A DNA stretch of 55,620 bases, filler included, from Sluysia triapertura (Eukaryota): the NCBI GenBank assembly GCA_046118255.1. It is 4 parts of 4 records of this genome, joined end to end, with 100 filler letters (N's around TTAATTAATTAA, not from the genome) between each part and the next. Parts side by side here need not be neighbours in the genome. Positions count along the whole stretch, not along the records: positions 39,013 to 55,620 come from JBJNIA010200153.1; 3 more parts are not named here. One strand, given 5' to 3'. This document shows positions 51,406-55,620 of the stretch, piece after piece (the first letter of the stretch is position 1; each line of letters begins with the position of its first letter). The translations under genes and the position numbers were made by a program. The notes below the pieces were generated by a model. The model was given only the letters and a program-made list of their open reading frames with translations, had not been told where the DNA came from and did no database searches.

Positions 51406-52879
51406 TAATGATCATATGTAGTAAAAATATATATTTTCATTAAGAGATCATCTAATGCATGTACTGTTAAGATATTGAGTATTGTATCAAGTTATTATTG
51501 GAAATAAGTTTCTTATTTGAAAATATTTCAATTCAATTTAAGTTGATGTTTTTTGTATCAATACGGATTGTTAAAATAATTATGATAAATTTGAATTTTA
51601 TTATTCTTGCAAGTAGTTTTTCTCTACAGATAATTAATTAATAACTGATTAATAAATTAATAACTTTGTTCTTGATTAATAACTTTCTTTTCGTTAACTT
51701 GTAAAAAGATATCTGAGCGTATGTTCGCCTCTACTTACCGATTTATATTTCTCAAGAAATGACAGGTTTATATAATTTTAAGAGCAAACAATTAACTACC
51801 AGATTCTATAACACAAAATGCTCTTAATTTAAAATGCAACTTCTGTTCATAAATATAATCTTTCAGTTGTTGATATCTTAAAAATTTAATATAAATTCAC
51901 AAATTCTATACTAAAATAATAAGAAAGGACTGGTGGTACACTAAATGTAGTACACAGAGTAAATTAACAGTGCAATATAAATCGTATCAACGTAAAATAA
52001 ATATTATTGAAGTAATAGTTTATAGAAATATTAAGATCACTCTAAATATTTTTAATAAATAGATTTTATGAAGATTTGACGCTATCTTTAAAATAACTTT
52101 AAATAGTAAATGAGTTTGAGTATGAATTTAACTCTTTTTAATAATTGGGAAAACTTAAAAATACAATCTTAAATATTTCGCGAAGAGACAAATCAATTAT
52201 TGCTAAAAGCTCGTAATATTAATCAACTGTTATGTTCTTAAATATTAATGTTCCAATTGAGTTTTAAAAAATTATAGTAATTATATTCTCATTAACATTA
52301 TTATATCTTCTGTGAATTGATTATGCTCCTTTTATATTTTTTTGCAACAATTATATTTGCACAATAAAACAATTATTGATAAAGCGTTAAAATAATTATT
52401 TTCGAAGTTTACTTGATAAAGCAATTAATACAATTATTTTCTGAATAATTACTAAACTTGCAATAGGGTAATTATTTTAATTATTTTCGTATTTATATAT
52501 ACAATTATTTTTAAACAGTTGTCTCTAAAGCAAATAAATGTTACAATTTTAAATTAAATAAATTTTTACAATTTAAATTGCCTTTACTAATTACCTTTAC
52601 TTTTTATTACTTTACATTATGAAAAGATAAGATTTTGTTTTCGCAAAACTCATTATCTTTGGATAATTGCTGGATAATACAAAGACAGAAATTCAATGAA
52701 AATCAATGTTCACATTTGATTATTAAAATTGGTCAGCATAAACTGTATTTTCAATTGACTTATTTGAGGTTAGTTCGGCCTTGAGGTTTTATTGTTAATT
52801 TGCTATTTGAGTACTAACATTTAAATATGTTACGCCACTCCAGTAATTAAATTTTATAGTTGATGTATTGTTGGGATAC

Positions 52880-53705
52880 AGGCCTAAAGTTCCATGTAGT
52901 ACAAATAACTATAGTAATCTAAAATTTGTTAGACGCGGCTGATAGCTCAATTTACGCCGAAAATACCGAATTTCTGCTAGCTTTTTTTTACTGTGAGGAC
53001 CAAATAAAATTAAATATCAAATACGACATACTTGGTGAAAACGAAGTCACATTAAATTGGTTTCATAAAGAGAAAGTAGGTAAATATCTTCATGATTTAT
53101 TAACATTTCCAATACCAACATTTGGATTTTTATGATTAAGAACAGTATTCTTAAGCTTAACTTCCTTCCACCAAACATTTCACAAAGCATATTCCCATTA
53201 CGTGTCACCGGTGTGGCTTTTAACGGGATACAATTGTCCACTTATTATGTCTTTGCCCTCAAACTGTCATTGGCCGTATAGTCAGACAATAAGATTCTCG
53301 AATGTTTATATAGTAAACTTAAACAAATGGGCTTCTCAGTCAAAATGGACACTCGAACCCTCCTTACTGGTGACAATCGAAGACCTGATATACAAGCGCA
53401 AGTTACAAATTCTTCCCAAGTTTTTCTCAAAGTCTCCCATTGATGATTATGAGAAATTTAAGACCACCCTAACTTTCAATATTACGAAATATTCCGACTT
53501 GAGAGATAAGCTCCAATTACAACTTAAATGTCAGGTCTCCTTTGACACGTTTCTCGTTGGAGCACTTGGTTCTTGGGATCCTGAAAATGATATCCTTCTG
53601 AAAAAACTAGGCTTCAGTAGGGCTGATATAATTGGTTTAGCTCGCCAGTGTATCAAACTCTTCATTGAATCCTCCTTTAAAATCTACAAGGACCATTCTG
53701 CATAA
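52880..53705 (+). mobile_element. 5'-truncated non-LTR retrotransposon with a restriction-like endonuclease (NeSL/Utopia/R2-group)
   Basis: CHRCG...DTIVHLLCLCP zinc knuckle, then KY.DL...L and FLVGALGSWDPEND..LKKLG...SFKIYKDH C-terminus; disablements present. Confidence 0.88.
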
Positions 53706-54219
53706 ATAATATTGTTGTTATATGTGACTTAATTTTGGTACTTTAATGAGTTTGTTTAACCTCTATCTTAGGGGCTTTTAATCTTTAATCGTTTGATTCT
53801 GGGGAATAATCAATCTGATAAACAACTGATATTTTCTTTCACATTTTCATTTTCATTTCCTCCGTTTGCATTCACTAGTTTTCATTTCTTTCTATTCTTT
53901 TATTTTTATTTATTTTGTATATTCTCATTTCTTTATTTCACAAACTTAATTGTATGTCTGTGATTTATCATTGGCGTGATTGTGATTTAAAACCTTTCTT
54001 TATTCTTTCTGACTTATCAATGGTATGCTTATGGTTCCATACTTCAAAGACAATTATAAATATTTTCCTTATCACACCATCAATTTCTTAAATGGACAAT
54101 TAGTATCAGCCTTAACTACTTTTTATATAAATATGATCCCTTTATTTATATTTATTGTATCATATTGTTTGATTATTTACGTACTTGTTTTTTTTGTAAA
54201 ATTAAAGTTTTCAATTCAA

Positions 54220-54287
54220 TTCATCGAACTGCGCAGCGAGAGATTCCGGGTTCGATCCCTGGTCAATCCATTTTATGAGGTCTAACA
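54220..54287 (+). repeat. tRNA-derived (3' half) SINE-like repeat, copy 3
   Basis: ttcatcgaactgcgcagcgagagattccgggttcgatccctggtcaatccattttatgaggtctaaca. Confidence 0.78.
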
Positions 54288-55542
54288 GTATATTTGTATT
54301 TATTTGGAATCATAATTGAATGTTATAAAGGATTTATTTATATTTACTTTGCGAATAAGGTTAGAATAGACTTTTTTTATTGTGCTATAGAATTATTATA
54401 TAATTTATATTGACAATATAATTATTGCCAATATTAAATTATAGACGCATATAAAATCATTTAATATGTGTAGACGTCATCATACCATATTTTATTATAA
54501 TGATTAATAATTGTTATCATTAATTATTATGTTAATTGTAATTTTTTAGAATTACTATTATAATTATATTTGTAAAATTTAATAAATATATGAAATAATA
54601 GTATTTAATATCAGGTCTTAATTCTAGTTTTAGACTTTAGTTTTACTCGAAATTTATTCTTGAAAACTTAAAAATTCTGTTTCTTATTAAAAAATTTTTA
54701 ACGTGTATTCAACGTAAAGCCGACAAATTTATTTATATTTCTTTAATCGCTTACTGTTATCATAAAAGTTAACTTCATAATTATAAATTACATCAAAGTT
54801 TAGTCGCTATCATTCTTTACTGACTGAACTTTAAAATCTAATGCTACATAACGTAAGTTGAATTATATTTATAACTTGGGCTTAAATGTGCTACTTTATT
54901 TAATACAAATTTAACTTAGAGTGTGAGTTCAATACTCGTATCTGTTCTTAAAGATGAAAGTGCTAGTTGAAATTTTATAAAGTTAAACTCATAATATTAT
55001 TTGTATATAACGTGTTTTATCTTATCTCACAATTCTCTGTTGATCCGATACCATATGTATTGTTGAACTTTACCACCTGTATCGTTAGCCGTGAATACAA
55101 TTGTTTTGTAAAACAATGCTTATTTTTTTGTTTTTCATTTTTATATTAAAATCCGTTTATACAAAAAGTTTGTTAATATAACAATCTATTTATAGCATAA
55201 TAATAATGCATAAAAAGGAAAAATCATAATTTTATTATTCATTCGATTTTGTTATAAATTTTATTTAATATACGATATTACAATATAAATTTTTCAATCT
55301 ATTTATGACTTAATAAATTTAATATACAGTATTAATTTCACATATACTACTTATTTCAAACTAAGTTTATGTATTATATATTTCAGAATTTTATTTACAT
55401 AAATTCTACATGTATTATTTTACAAGGATTATTCTAATTTAATATATTATTCAATAACAACATACTATTATACTTATTTAGATTTATATAGTAGCTCACC
55501 ATTGATCGAATTTATTGAGTTGATTGAGTCTTCGACAAACAA

Positions 55543-55552
55543 TATTTTATTA

Positions 55553-55620
<68 letters not shown>
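55543..55620. repeat. (TAT)n microsatellite
   Basis: tat run to the window end. Confidence 0.97.

Noticed and set aside
21815-54287. Functional tRNA genes at the three B-box repeats
   Set aside because: No 5' acceptor strand, D-arm or A-box, so a cloverleaf cannot form.
1481-55149. Most remaining 60-90 aa ORFs in the supplied track
   Set aside because: F/I/L/K/N-rich chance ORFs expected in very AT-rich DNA, lacking motifs or splice support.

Overview
Very AT-rich (roughly 20-25% GC by eye) eukaryotic nuclear DNA with GT-AG introns, probably from an invertebrate animal; the taxon cannot be fixed from sequence alone. The window is four contigs joined by artificial 100-nt spacers (N44-TTAATTAATTAA-N44), so adjacency across them is unproven. 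Recognisable host genes are the 3' exon of Sec20/BNIP1, two clean Calx-beta exons of a Na+/Ca2+ exchanger, two decayed intronless BTB-BACK-Kelch (KLHL10-like) copies, prominin-like exons and M6/proteolipid-like exons. Several other exon clusters are unassigned or broken. The rest is dense transposon debris: mariner/Tc1, hAT, piggyBac and pogo MITEs, L2 LINEs, Ty3/Gypsy, an RLE-type non-LTR element and a tRNA-derived repeat. The main unexplained signal is that about eight old mariner relics, in both orientations, have lost G specifically from the transposase sense strand, while a younger mariner copy is G/C-balanced. One relic has 10 G vs 73 C in 300 nt, with no TG or GG left. This suggests a strand-coordinated, context-biased cytosine-deamination process acting on DNA transposons. 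Secondary candidates are a four-copy ~55-nt structured element and a possible tRNA-targeting RLE retrotransposon. All counts and translations were done by hand and no database searches were run.
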